Assembly: GCA_963760795.1 (NCBI GenBank)
Contig: CAVXEP010000004.1
Coordinates: forward strand, 230,233 to 294,232
From: an uncultured delta proteobacterium
Lineage (GTDB): Bacteria; Desulfobacterota; Binatia; UBA9968
Direction of reading: 5' to 3'
Length of the DNA: 64,000 nucleotides
Under the pieces are notes generated by a model, which was given only the letters and a program-made list of their open reading frames with translations, did not search any database and was not told the DNA's origin. Position numbers and translations under genes: made by a program. Position 1 is the stretch's first letter. Every line of letters starts with the position of its first letter. This document shows positions 1 to 9,457 of this stretch, piece after piece.

Positions 1-1040
1 GGCACCGCGCTGAACTCGCTCGACTGCCAGATTGCCTGCGCCTCGGCGGTCGTGATCCAGAGCGCGAATAGAGTGGCGGCGGCCGGATGGCGGGCGCCGG
101 TTCGCACGCCGTAATAATTCGAGTTTCGTTCGTTGTAATCTTCGAAATATTTAAACGCGATCGGCGCCTTCGGATCTTGCGCCATGACTTGGCGGAAATA
201 CGCGTCCTGAGCCAGGGCAAAGGCAAACTCTCCCAGCGCCACGCGCTGCACGCCGGTGGTTTCAGGCAGCACTGCGGCGGTATTCCTGCCGGCGCGGCGC
301 ACCACGTCGAGCCACTTCTCCCTGTCGAAATTGCTGAGCACCGCGGGCGCGATCTCCCAATGAGCGGTCCAGGGCGGTTGGGTAAACTTGCCTTTGTACT
401 TGGCGTCGGCCAGGTCGCTGTGATTCTTGGGAAGCTCCGCCTCGGAGATCAGCTTCGGGTTATAGACGATCTGCTTCACATTGGAATTGATCAAGAACCC
501 CGACTGCCGAAACGGTCCGCTGGAGATCTGCTCGCGCCGAACTTTTCCTGAAGCAATCACCGGATTGATCTCGGCGATCAAAGTTTCCCAATTGTCGACC
601 TTTTGAATTCCGCCCGCGCCGATCAACTGCATCACCTCGGCATCGTCGCCCTGAACCACATCGTAGGTCGCCGGCGCGCGCGCTTGGGTCTCGGCGATGG
701 CGACGGGAAAGTGTTGCGCCGACCTCATGTTTGCGATCGTCACCTTGATATTCAAACCGAACCGCTTATTGAAACTCTCGCCGAGCGGCTGCGCCAGAGC
801 TTTGTTCCAGCTCGACTGCACGGTAGCGATAAGCTCGCCCTCTTGCCGGGCCTTCTGAACCAACTCGTCGAGCAGCGCTTTACCCTTCCCCGGAGCGACC
901 GGAGTCGCAGCCATCGCAGCTGAAGGAACCAAGACATGTCGCGAACTACGATATCCGAGGCCGAAGGCAACACTTATCGCCGCCGTTAATAAAATGACTA
1001 GAACGATGAGCTTATCTATGTAATGACTCTTGCTTCGCAT
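1..1040 (-). CDS. Extracellular solute-binding protein (Fe3+/thiamine/polyamine-type), 3' end off window
   Basis: Not in the ORF track; manual translation from ATG 1040: MRSKSHYIDKLIVLVILLTAA...ALLDELVQKARQEGEL...IVYNPKLISEAELPK...ARHPAAATLFALW. Confidence 0.8.
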   Translation of the reverse strand, partial: MRSKSHYIDKLIVLVILLTAAISVAFGLGYRSSRHVLVPSAAMAATPVAPGKGKALLDELVQKARQEGELIATVQSSWNKALAQPLGESFNKRFGLNIKVTIANMRSAQHFPVAIAETQARAPATYDVVQGDDAEVMQLIGAGGIQKVDNWETLIAEINPVIASGKVRREQISSGPFRQSGFLINSNVKQIVYNPKLISEAELPKNHSDLADAKYKGKFTQPPWTAHWEIAPAVLSNFDREKWLDVVRRAGRNTAAVLPETTGVQRVALGEFAFALAQDAYFRQVMAQDPKAPIAFKYFEDYNERNSNYYGVRTGARHPAAATLFALWITTAEAQAIWQSSEFSAV

Positions 1041-1304
1041 CTGGAATAGCCCCCTTCTCGTAGTGGTAGTGCCACGCTCGACTTCGAAAACATTTTCAGT
1101 CCTGCGCCATCATAACAACTCAGGTCGCCTCCATTGTTTGCGCGGGCGGCCTTCTATCAGACTCCGAAGCTCTCTTTCCCAGATCTTACGGAGTTATCCC
1201 GTAAAACCTGTAAAAAGCACCGATTAAATCTGTGGTCACTCAATAACGCGATGCAAGGGACGATATAACACATTAATTTCTTTGACAAATAAATTATTTA
1301 TTAA

Positions 1305-1709
1305 TCAGATATCGGATAAATATTTGCGCGAGATTGGAAACGCCACTGATAAATTCCAAAGCTTTTTGTCCGTACGGAAAACGATTTTGATCGGATCCTT
1401 CGATAACCCCAAAATCGACCTCATTATCCAAAATTCATTTCTCGACTTCATGGCTTCGCCCGTCTTGATCGAAATTTCGGTATCCGGGTATTGTTTCTCA
1501 AAATGTCCCACCGCGAGTGGAACCAGCGGCTGTAAGATAAACGCGCCGGCCGAACCGCTCGAACAGCTTTACCTCCAAAGCATCTTCCAGGTTTTTGACC
1601 TGTATGGATACCGACGGCTGGCTGATGCCCAGTTTCTCCGCAGCTTTCGAGAAGCGCGCTCGCGCGCGATACGCAGAAAGATTTTTAACTGATGGAGATT
1701 GATTTACAT
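1305..1709 (-). pseudogene. Degraded LysR-family regulator
   Basis: ATG-TAA, then INLHQLKIFLRIARE / frameshift / FSKAAEKLGISQPSVSIQVKNLEDALEVKLFERFGRRVYLTAAG (LysR HTH), joined to a substrate-domain remnant FEKQYPDTEISIKTG. Confidence 0.8.
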
Positions 1710-1773
1710 TGATGGTCGTCTATCGTCCCCATCAAAATATTATATTTGAATAACGAAACCAAATCCCGTATGG

Positions 1774-2823
1774 ATGACCCATCACCGTCAATTTCCAGTG
1801 AGGAACTCTATGCTTCTTCGGGTAGTTTCGATCGCCTGCATCGTGGCGTTGTTGCCGTGGAATTTGGCCGCGGCGCAGGAAAAGAAGCTCGAGCCGCTGA
1901 TCGTTTCCTACAGCTCAGTCACGGGGAATCGCGCGCCGTTTTGGATCGCCAAGGATCTCGGCCTCTACGAGAAGTACGGCTTGGACGTGAAGCTGGTCAA
2001 CATCGCCGCCGGCAGCGTATCGCTGACGGCCTTGCTCGCCGGCGACGTGCATCTGACCACCGACTCGAGTTCCGGCGTGGTCGCCGCCGCCGGCCGCGGC
2101 GCGCCCATCGTCACGGTGTCCACCAACGGCGCCCTGCCCTATCAATTCGTCGCGCTCGCTTCGATCAAATCGCCCGACGATCTCAAAGGCAAGATTGTCG
2201 GCAGTAGCCGCATCGGCGCCGGCACCGATTTTTTGCTGCGCCGGATTCTCGCCAAGATTGGCTTGACGCCGGGCAAAGACGTGAGCCTGATTCCAACCGG
2301 AGTCAGCGAATCGGATAAACGACTTCAGCTGATGTTTCAGGGCAAGATCGACGCCACCATTGGCGAGTCGGACAAAGTATTTCAAGTCACTGAAAGCGGC
2401 GCGCAAAAACTCACTATCTTGGGCGAGCCCAAAGACTTTGGCGTGGCCGCGCCGGGCAGCGAAATCAACACCACCCGGCAGGTGATCAAAGAGTTGCGGC
2501 CGCGCTTGAAGGCGTTCTTCATGGCCTATAGCGAAGCGATCGCGCTGGGCCGAAAGAACCGCGAGCTGGCGTACCAAATATTCCGCAAGTACATGCGGCT
2601 GCCGAATAATCCCAAGCTCTTGGAGTTTACCTATCGAGCCCAACTGCTCGACGCGATCCCGGCCAAACCCTGGCCGCGGGAAGATTCCGTGCAAGCGAGC
2701 ATCGAAGACCTGCGCGGCACCATCGCCAAGCTCGAATCGATGAAAGTCGGCGATTTCGTCGACGCGTCATTGATTCGGGAGCTCGACCAAGAGGGATTTT
2801 TCGCGCGCTTGGAGAAGCCATGA
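1774..2823 (+). CDS. ABC transporter SBP, NitT/TauT (NMT1/THI5) family
   Basis: Signal peptide; PFWIAKDLGLYEKYGLDV, DLKGKIVG motifs; true start possibly 1810. Confidence 0.9.
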   Translation: MTHHRQFPVRNSMLLRVVSIACIVALLPWNLAAAQEKKLEPLIVSYSSVTGNRAPFWIAKDLGLYEKYGLDVKLVNIAAGSVSLTALLAGDVHLTTDSSSGVVAAAGRGAPIVTVSTNGALPYQFVALASIKSPDDLKGKIVGSSRIGAGTDFLLRRILAKIGLTPGKDVSLIPTGVSESDKRLQLMFQGKIDATIGESDKVFQVTESGAQKLTILGEPKDFGVAAPGSEINTTRQVIKELRPRLKAFFMAYSEAIALGRKNRELAYQIFRKYMRLPNNPKLLEFTYRAQLLDAIPAKPWPREDSVQASIEDLRGTIAKLESMKVGDFVDASLIRELDQEGFFARLEKP

Positions 2824-2837
2824 AACGGCCATTGATT

Positions 2838-2942
2838 CTAACTAAACCCGCCTCATAGGCGGGCACAAATAAATGGGGTTTCCAAAGGGGGCGAGCATCC
2901 CCTTTGGTCGCCCGCGGGGTTCAAACCCCGCGGGCGAATTCA
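2838..2942. mobile_element. 105-bp triple-hairpin insertion flanked by ATTGATT duplication
   Basis: ATTGATT at 2831-2837 and 2943-2949; three internal stems including a perfect 14-bp stem TCGCCCGCGGGGTT/AACCCCGCGGGCGA. Confidence 0.7.
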
Positions 2943-2943
2943 A

Positions 2944-3891
2944 TTGATTTTCCTGCTGATTTCGCTTTACTGCTTGTGCGGTTACCGCGACGGCGCCGCC
3001 CAGGAAAAAATCCGCATCGGCATTTCCGCCATCTCGCTGGGTTTTTTGCCGACCATCATCGCTGAAAAAAAAGCCTTCTATGCCAAGCACGGCATCCAAT
3101 CCGAGCATGTGCTGGTGCCCTGTGCCATCGCCACCAACGCGCTGCTCTCGGACGATCTCGACTTCGCGGTCTGCACCGGCCCGGGCATCGCCGGCGCCAT
3201 CAAAGGACTGCCGATCAAATTGGTGATGACCACCCAGGACAAGCTCGGCTATCTGCTCCTGGTCAAAGCCAACGTGCAAAAGCTCACCGACCTGCGCGGC
3301 AAGACCATCGGCATCAGCACTTTCGGCAGCCAGCTCTACTTGACCTCGATAACTCTGCTGCGCCGTTACGGCCTGGAACCCGGTAAGGATATCAATCTCA
3401 TCCCCGGCGGCGACAACACCGCCCGCCTTGCCGCTATGGATGGCGGCAAGGTGGACGCGGCCTTCGTCTCCTCGCCTGCCGATATCTTCGGCGCCAAGCG
3501 CGGCTACAAGGTGCTGCTCTGGACCCGCGATCACGTGCCGCTGCTACAAAACGCCATGGTGACCACCGACAAGCAGCTCAAGACGGCGCCGGACAAAGTA
3601 AAGCGCACGATCAAAGCCAGCATCGAAGCGCTGCGCTTCATTCGCGAGCAGCCCGAGGAAACCATCAACATCGCCGCCAAGTGGTTGAAGCTCGACCTCG
3701 CCATCACGCGCGCGGCCTTTGAAAATTACCTGCCATGCTACAGCGCCGACGGCGCTCTGTCCGATCAGGCACTGCAGGATTTGATTCAATACGAATTGGA
3801 TCGCGGCAATCTCAAGAAAGAGATTCCCTTGACCCAAGTGGCGAGCCGCGCGCTGTTGCAGCAAGCGCAAAAGGAACTTCATCTGCGCTAG
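2944..3891 (+). CDS. ABC transporter SBP, NitT/TauT family (original start likely ATG 2820, interrupted)
   Basis: DLRGKTIGISTFGS, GLEPGKDI motifs; removing the insertion restores MKRPLIFLLISL. Confidence 0.85.
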   Translation: MIFLLISLYCLCGYRDGAAQEKIRIGISAISLGFLPTIIAEKKAFYAKHGIQSEHVLVPCAIATNALLSDDLDFAVCTGPGIAGAIKGLPIKLVMTTQDKLGYLLLVKANVQKLTDLRGKTIGISTFGSQLYLTSITLLRRYGLEPGKDINLIPGGDNTARLAAMDGGKVDAAFVSSPADIFGAKRGYKVLLWTRDHVPLLQNAMVTTDKQLKTAPDKVKRTIKASIEALRFIREQPEETINIAAKWLKLDLAITRAAFENYLPCYSADGALSDQALQDLIQYELDRGNLKKEIPLTQVASRALLQQAQKELHLR

Positions 3892-3895
3892 AACC

Positions 3896-5104
3896 ATGAA
3901 CGATTCAACCACAGCCGCGCCGCTCGCCGGAGTTCGCGTCCTGGATTTTACCCATGTGCTGGCCGGTCCCTTTTGCACCAGGCTCTTGGCCGACCTGGGC
4001 GCGGATGTCGTGCGCGTCGAAAGCAGCAAGCATCCGGATCATCCCTGGCCCTCCGCTCATATCGGCACAGACGGCCGCCACGCTTCTTATTTGAATACCA
4101 ACCGCAACAAGCGCTCCATCGCCATCGATCTGAAACACCCGAGCGGCCAACAGACCGCGGTCAACCTCGCGGCGCGGGCCGATGTCGTGGTGGAGAATTT
4201 TAGCGCCGGGGTGATGGATCGGCTCGGTCTCGGCTATGAGACTCTGCGTTCGCGCAATCAAGGGATCATCTCCGTGAGCATGTCAGGATATGGCCATGAC
4301 GGCCCGAGACGCGGCTGGACGAGCATGAACATGAATCTCCAGGGCTACAGCGGCCTGATGACCGTCACCGGCGCCGAAGGTGATCCGCCGACGGCGATCT
4401 CGAATTCTTGGAATGATTACATCGGCGGGCTGCACGCCTGCGTCGCGATTGTTCAGGCGCTCGACGAACGCGGTCTGAGCGGCATCGGAACCCGGCTCGA
4501 CCTGAGCCAGTTCGAGTGCAGCGTCGCGATGATCGCGCCGTTGCTCTTGGCCAGCGCGGTTACCGGGCGGAATCCGCCGCGCATGGGCAACCGCTCGGCG
4601 CGCTTTGCGCCCCAGGGGGTTTATCGCTGCGCCGGCACCGACAACTGGTGCGCCGTCAGCGTGCGAACTGAAGACCAGTGGCGCTCCCTCGGACGAATCA
4701 TCGGCAAAGATAGCTGGGCAGCGCAGGAGCGCTTCGCGACAGTTTCCGGCCGCCAGCAATGGCACGACGAAATCGACGAGCAACTGAGTACGTGGACCAG
4801 ACCGCTGTCAAACCTTGCAGTGGAGCAAATCCTCAAAGCCGGCGGCATTCGCGCCGAACGGGTGCGGCGCATTAATGATTTGTTCGACCAACCGGATGGC
4901 GCGACGATTTTTCGCTCAATGACGGAACCGCGTGTCGGCACCATGCTCACCACCGGATTACCATTTCGATTTTCCACTGGCTCTTTCCCTGCGCCCTCTC
5001 CCGCCCCCGCGCTCGGCCAGCACAGCGACGAGGTTCTGCGCGACTGGTTGGGCCTCGGCCAGGAGGAGATTCAGGCGCTCGACAACCAAGGAGCGCTTAC
5101 CTGA
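3896..5104 (+). CDS. Class III CoA-transferase (CaiB/BaiF)
   Basis: PLAGVRVLDFTHVLAGPFCTRLLADLGADV, NRNKRSIAIDLK, NDYIGG catalytic Asp region. Confidence 0.95.
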   Translation: MNDSTTAAPLAGVRVLDFTHVLAGPFCTRLLADLGADVVRVESSKHPDHPWPSAHIGTDGRHASYLNTNRNKRSIAIDLKHPSGQQTAVNLAARADVVVENFSAGVMDRLGLGYETLRSRNQGIISVSMSGYGHDGPRRGWTSMNMNLQGYSGLMTVTGAEGDPPTAISNSWNDYIGGLHACVAIVQALDERGLSGIGTRLDLSQFECSVAMIAPLLLASAVTGRNPPRMGNRSARFAPQGVYRCAGTDNWCAVSVRTEDQWRSLGRIIGKDSWAAQERFATVSGRQQWHDEIDEQLSTWTRPLSNLAVEQILKAGGIRAERVRRINDLFDQPDGATIFRSMTEPRVGTMLTTGLPFRFSTGSFPAPSPAPALGQHSDEVLRDWLGLGQEEIQALDNQGALT

Positions 5105-5640
5105 TGGCCGATGGCAGCGATTTGATCACCACAGAGATGTTGAACTGGATCGGCCGCGCCACGCCGCCGACTCCGTTGATCGTCATGACGCTGTCGGATG
5201 TCCGCCGCTATGTCGATGCCACAGGCGATCGCAATCCGCTCTGGTGCGACGACGACTATGCCAAGGCCGCAGGCTACCAAGGGCGCATTCTGCCGCCAGC
5301 TTTGGTCGGTTGGGTGCCGTTCAGCATCAGGGAAAATCCCGATGGCTCGAGCGCGGAAGCGCCTGATCTACGGCGCCAGATCCCGGTGCCGCCGCACTAC
5401 ACCAACGTCCGCAACGCCGGCTCAGAAACCGAATGGCTCCAACCCGTCTACCCCGGCGAGCCACTTTTAACGCAGAGTTGTCTGGTCGATATTATCGCGC
5501 GCCAGGGCCGCGCCGGGTTGGGCATCTATATTACCCAAGAGGAACAGATCCTGAATTCCGGCGGCGAAACCGTCATGCGCCGGCGCCACACAATGGCGCT
5601 TTTTCCCGCAGCCAAACTCGCCGGCGCGGCGAAAGAATAA
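5104..5640 (+). CDS. MaoC-like (hot-dog fold) dehydratase, N-terminal-type subunit
   Basis: VRRYVDATGDRNPLWCDDDYAKAAGYQGRILPP motif. Confidence 0.9.
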   Translation: MADGSDLITTEMLNWIGRATPPTPLIVMTLSDVRRYVDATGDRNPLWCDDDYAKAAGYQGRILPPALVGWVPFSIRENPDGSSAEAPDLRRQIPVPPHYTNVRNAGSETEWLQPVYPGEPLLTQSCLVDIIARQGRAGLGIYITQEEQILNSGGETVMRRRHTMALFPAAKLAGAAKE

Positions 5641-5641
5641 C

Positions 5642-6772
5642 ATGGCTCGGATCATCGAAGTTACCGATCTCTCGGGAGCCTACGCTTCGCGCCTGTTCGT
5701 CGAAAGCGGCCATGAAGTGATCCGCGTCGAATGGCATAATCCGGACTCCTTGCGCTACCGAGAACCTCTGCTCGACAGTGGCAATAACGGCGAGAGCAGC
5801 GCTTACCATCATTTTCTCAACGCCGGCAAGAAAAGCTTGGCGCTCGATCTCGACTCCACCGCGGGCCGGGAGATATTCTTGCGCCTGGTCGCGCAGGCCG
5901 ACGTTTTGATCGCCAACACACCGCTTGCCATTGAAGACGCAGCGCTGATTGCCGCCAATACTAAGCTCGTTTACAGCAAGATCGAAGACGAAGAACCTGA
6001 CATCTGCGCCATGGCGCGCTCCGGATTGATGTCATTGACCGGCCAACCGGATCAGTCTCCCATGGTCTTGGGCGGCGATATCGCGGCATTGGCAACCGGC
6101 ATCTATGTCGCCGTCGCCACGGCGGCGGGGCTGCGCAGCGCCACGAAAACCGGCAAAGGATTGATCGTTACCGTGTCGCTACGCGAAGCATTGGAGAGCT
6201 TCGCCGAGCAGGCGATGGTCGAATACAGCTTCTCCGGCGTTGTTACCGAGCGGCGCGGCAGCAAGGGTGCGATTACCGCCATTTCCGGCGCCCTGCCCTG
6301 TAAAGACGGCCATTGGGTCATCAGCCAGATCCATCGACCGGGACGTTGGAACAAATTCGTCGAATGGGTGAGCGATCCCGAACTCGCGGCCGACGCGTCA
6401 CTGGCGGAAGAAGAAAACCAAATCAAACGACGCGATTTTATTCTCGACCGGGTGCTTTCGTGGGCCGGCCAACATGCCAAGAACGACCTGGTGCAGGAAG
6501 CGCAAAAACGCCACTTCCCCGCTTCGCCGGTATCGACGACTTTAGATTTAATCGACGATCCGCAACTCATCGCGCGCGGATTTTTGCGGCGCATCGAGCA
6601 TCGGCAATTCGGCACAATCACGTTTCCCCAGGGCGCCATCGCCACCATGCGCAAAAGTGAAATGGCAGCGGCGCCGCGGCTCGGCGAACACAACCGTGAG
6701 ATTCTTTCACAGTTAGGCTACTCCTCAAGCGATCAACAAGCCTTTGCCGCAGCGGGAGCGGTCCGAGGATAA
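5642..6772 (+). CDS. Class III CoA-transferase (divergent subunit)
   Basis: GAYASRLF, LNAGKKSLALDL, APRLGEHN. Confidence 0.9.
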   Translation: MARIIEVTDLSGAYASRLFVESGHEVIRVEWHNPDSLRYREPLLDSGNNGESSAYHHFLNAGKKSLALDLDSTAGREIFLRLVAQADVLIANTPLAIEDAALIAANTKLVYSKIEDEEPDICAMARSGLMSLTGQPDQSPMVLGGDIAALATGIYVAVATAAGLRSATKTGKGLIVTVSLREALESFAEQAMVEYSFSGVVTERRGSKGAITAISGALPCKDGHWVISQIHRPGRWNKFVEWVSDPELAADASLAEEENQIKRRDFILDRVLSWAGQHAKNDLVQEAQKRHFPASPVSTTLDLIDDPQLIARGFLRRIEHRQFGTITFPQGAIATMRKSEMAAAPRLGEHNREILSQLGYSSSDQQAFAAAGAVRG

Positions 6773-6777
6773 AACCC

Positions 6778-7233
6778 ATGGCACTGCACCAACCCGTCCG
6801 TTTCGAAGACGTGCATATCGGCGACACCATCCCGGAACGCCAGTATGGCCCGCTGACCATCATCGACACGGTACGCTGGGCCGGCCTACAGGAAAATTCG
6901 CAACAACTACATTTCGACCGCGATCACGTGCGCCAGCACAATGGGCTCAAGACCTTCATCGCCAGCGGCGCCTACCGCCAGGCGCTGCTCATGCGCATGT
7001 TGACCGATTGGATCGGCCCCCAGGGCCGGCTCAGAAAAATCGCCGTGCGGCAGACCTATTCGACCTTCGAAGGCGATCTGATGTGCTTCGGTGCTAAGAT
7101 CGTCGAGAAATCCGCCGATCCAACCGATCCATGGATCGACTGTGAACTAAATGGCAAGAATCAAGACGACAAGCAGATACTTACCGGACATTGCCGCTTA
7201 ATGTTGCCGTGCCGCGCTCGATCCGGGATTTAG
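6778..7233 (+). CDS. MaoC/PaaZ-like dehydratase
   Basis: FEDVHIGD...LHFDRDH...LTDWIGPQGRL. Confidence 0.85.
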   Translation: MALHQPVRFEDVHIGDTIPERQYGPLTIIDTVRWAGLQENSQQLHFDRDHVRQHNGLKTFIASGAYRQALLMRMLTDWIGPQGRLRKIAVRQTYSTFEGDLMCFGAKIVEKSADPTDPWIDCELNGKNQDDKQILTGHCRLMLPCRARSGI

Positions 7234-7339
7234 GACGAACCGAGTACGCGACGCCGTTACGGCCATGCACCGACAACGACTCAATACAACCGGCTAGCCC
7301 TTTTCTCCAACCCCCGGCTTTGTTATAGACCAGGCTTGC

Positions 7340-8374
7340 ATGGGCGCGCTCACCAAAAACTCGCTGCGCTTTGTCGCGATCGCCGGGCTGTTGTGCACGA
7401 CGGTTGCGGTGAGCGCCAATCCCTACCTGCCGAAATCAAATGAAGCGTTAACCAGCATCCGCGTCGGCACCTGCGGCACCTCGGGCGGCTTCATTCATTT
7501 TTACACCGCGCTATCCAGCGGATTGTTCGAAAAGTACGGCATCAAAGTCGAGCATGTGACGCTGCGCGGCGGCGCCGTTACCATTACGGCGCTGGCCTCC
7601 GACGGCATCCAATTTTTATATTGCTCGGCCGACCCGCAGATCCCGCGCATGGCCGCCGGCGCTGAAGCGAAAATCGTCAGCTCGCTGATCGTCGGCTTGC
7701 CCTGGGTGCTGATGGGGAAGAGCGACATCAAGCGACCCGCCGATCTCAAGGGCCGGACCATTCCGGTTTCGCGTCCAGGGGGATTGACCGATCACCTCGC
7801 CAAAGCCGTGCTCAAGAAAAACAATCTGACCACCCAAGACGTAAAGCTCTTACACATTGGCGGCACCGGCCAACTGGAGCCGTACAATGCCCTCTTGCAG
7901 GGGCTGGCCGACGCCGTCCTACTGACGCCGCCCCTCGACGTGCGCGCCAAGCGCGATGGTTATCACTTGATCTTCAGCCTAAAAGAGTTGGACGTGCCGT
8001 CGATTTACAGTTCGATTTTAACCAACTTTAGAACCCTCAAAGAACGGCCTCAATTAGTCCAGCGCTTCGTCGCGGCGATGAGTGAGACGATTTATTTCGT
8101 CGAGAAGAACCCGGAACGCGCTACGCAAAGCCTAGGCAAAGCGCTCGCAATTAACGACCCAGAAATACTGCAATCCGCCTATCAAGCTTACGCGCGCAAC
8201 CTGGTCAACCGGCGCATGACCGTCCCCGGCAAAACCGTCGCCGACGCCGTCGAGTTGGCGCGCGAAGAAGTGGCGCAGATCCGCCGCAAGCCCGAAGAAC
8301 TGTACGACAACAGTTTCACCGACAACTTAGTGAAGAGCGGTTTCTTGAAAGAACTGTGGGGCACTCTGCCGTAA
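7340..8374 (+). CDS. ABC transporter SBP, NitT/TauT family
   Basis: Signal peptide; GLFEKYGIKVE, DLKGRTIPVSRPGG. Confidence 0.9.
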   Translation: MGALTKNSLRFVAIAGLLCTTVAVSANPYLPKSNEALTSIRVGTCGTSGGFIHFYTALSSGLFEKYGIKVEHVTLRGGAVTITALASDGIQFLYCSADPQIPRMAAGAEAKIVSSLIVGLPWVLMGKSDIKRPADLKGRTIPVSRPGGLTDHLAKAVLKKNNLTTQDVKLLHIGGTGQLEPYNALLQGLADAVLLTPPLDVRAKRDGYHLIFSLKELDVPSIYSSILTNFRTLKERPQLVQRFVAAMSETIYFVEKNPERATQSLGKALAINDPEILQSAYQAYARNLVNRRMTVPGKTVADAVELAREEVAQIRRKPEELYDNSFTDNLVKSGFLKELWGTLP

Positions 8375-8504
8375 CAGGCTGCTGAAAAAGGGTGGAGAAT
8401 GGTTCGACAAGCTCAGCATAAACGGAATTTTTTATCCTTCTCAGTTCCTCTCCGTTCGTCCTGAGACTGTCGAAGGACTCCGAGAGGGCTTTTTAGCAAC
8501 CGGT
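8375..8504. repeat. MITE-like element with imperfect terminal IRs and an internal TTCGACAAGCTCAG palindrome
   Basis: CAGGCTGCTGAAAAA ... TTTTTAGCAACCGG; inner TTCGACAAGCTCAG (8403) / CTGAGACTGTCGAA (8461). Confidence 0.6.
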
Positions 8505-8564
8505 CAGGGCGGGAACTCGCCGTAACCGCGCCACCAAGAACCAACAATTCACAAGGAGCAGAAC

Positions 8565-9443
8565 ATGGAAGAGAAAATCAGTTTCCAATCCGACGGATTG
8601 AAAATCGCCGGTCTCATCGACACCCCGGCCGAATACAAAACCGGCGAGCGCCGGCCGGCGTTCATCACGCTGCATGGCTTTGGCGGCAACAAGGACGGCC
8701 AAGGCCAAAAAGTCGTCGCCAAGCAACTCAGTCAATGGGGCTACATCGCGCTGCGGCTGGACTTCCGCGGCTGCGGCGAGAGCGAAGGTGAACGGGGCAG
8801 GATCATATGCCTGGACCAAGTGGCCGACACGCGCAATGCGATCTCATACTTGGCGACAAGACCGCAGGTCGACCCCGCGCGCATCGGCCTTATCGGCAGC
8901 AGCTTCGGCGCCGCGGTGGCAGTATTTACTGGCGGCGCCGACAAGCGCGTCGCCGCGGTGATCTCCTGCGGCGGCTGGGGCGACGGCGAAAGAAAATTCC
9001 GCGGTCAGCATCCCGGCGCGGAAAAGTGGGCGAAGTTCACCGCCATGCTCGAAGAAGGTAAACGCCACCGCGAACAGACCGGCAAATCCCTCATGGTGCC
9101 GCGCTACGACATCGTGCCGATCCCGGAAAAGCTGCGCAACCGCATGAGCGGCGGCTCGATCATGGAGTTCCCCGCCGAGACCGCCCAGAGCATGAACGAC
9201 TTCCGCGCCGACGATCAGGTCGGCAACATTTCACCGCGGCCGCTCTTGCTCATCCACAGCGCCAACGACTCGGTGACACCGACCTACGAGTCCATCGAGA
9301 TGTTCAAGAAAGCCCGCCAGCCGGCCGAGCTGCACCTCTTGTCGGACGTCGACCATTTTACCTTCAACGAAGAGAATCCGCGGCTGACCAATATCGTGCA
9401 TGAATGGCTAGAGAAATATTTTCCCGTGGAGAACGGTAGTTAG
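8565..9443 (+). CDS. Alpha/beta hydrolase
   Basis: LHGFGG, DFRGCGESEG, GSSFG nucleophile elbow, C-terminal D and H. Confidence 0.9.
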   Translation: MEEKISFQSDGLKIAGLIDTPAEYKTGERRPAFITLHGFGGNKDGQGQKVVAKQLSQWGYIALRLDFRGCGESEGERGRIICLDQVADTRNAISYLATRPQVDPARIGLIGSSFGAAVAVFTGGADKRVAAVISCGGWGDGERKFRGQHPGAEKWAKFTAMLEEGKRHREQTGKSLMVPRYDIVPIPEKLRNRMSGGSIMEFPAETAQSMNDFRADDQVGNISPRPLLLIHSANDSVTPTYESIEMFKKARQPAELHLLSDVDHFTFNEENPRLTNIVHEWLEKYFPVENGS

Positions 9444-9457
9444 AAAGCAAAAATTGT

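Noticed and set aside
1282-1692. 136-aa plus-strand ORF
   Set aside because: Antisense of the LysR pseudogene
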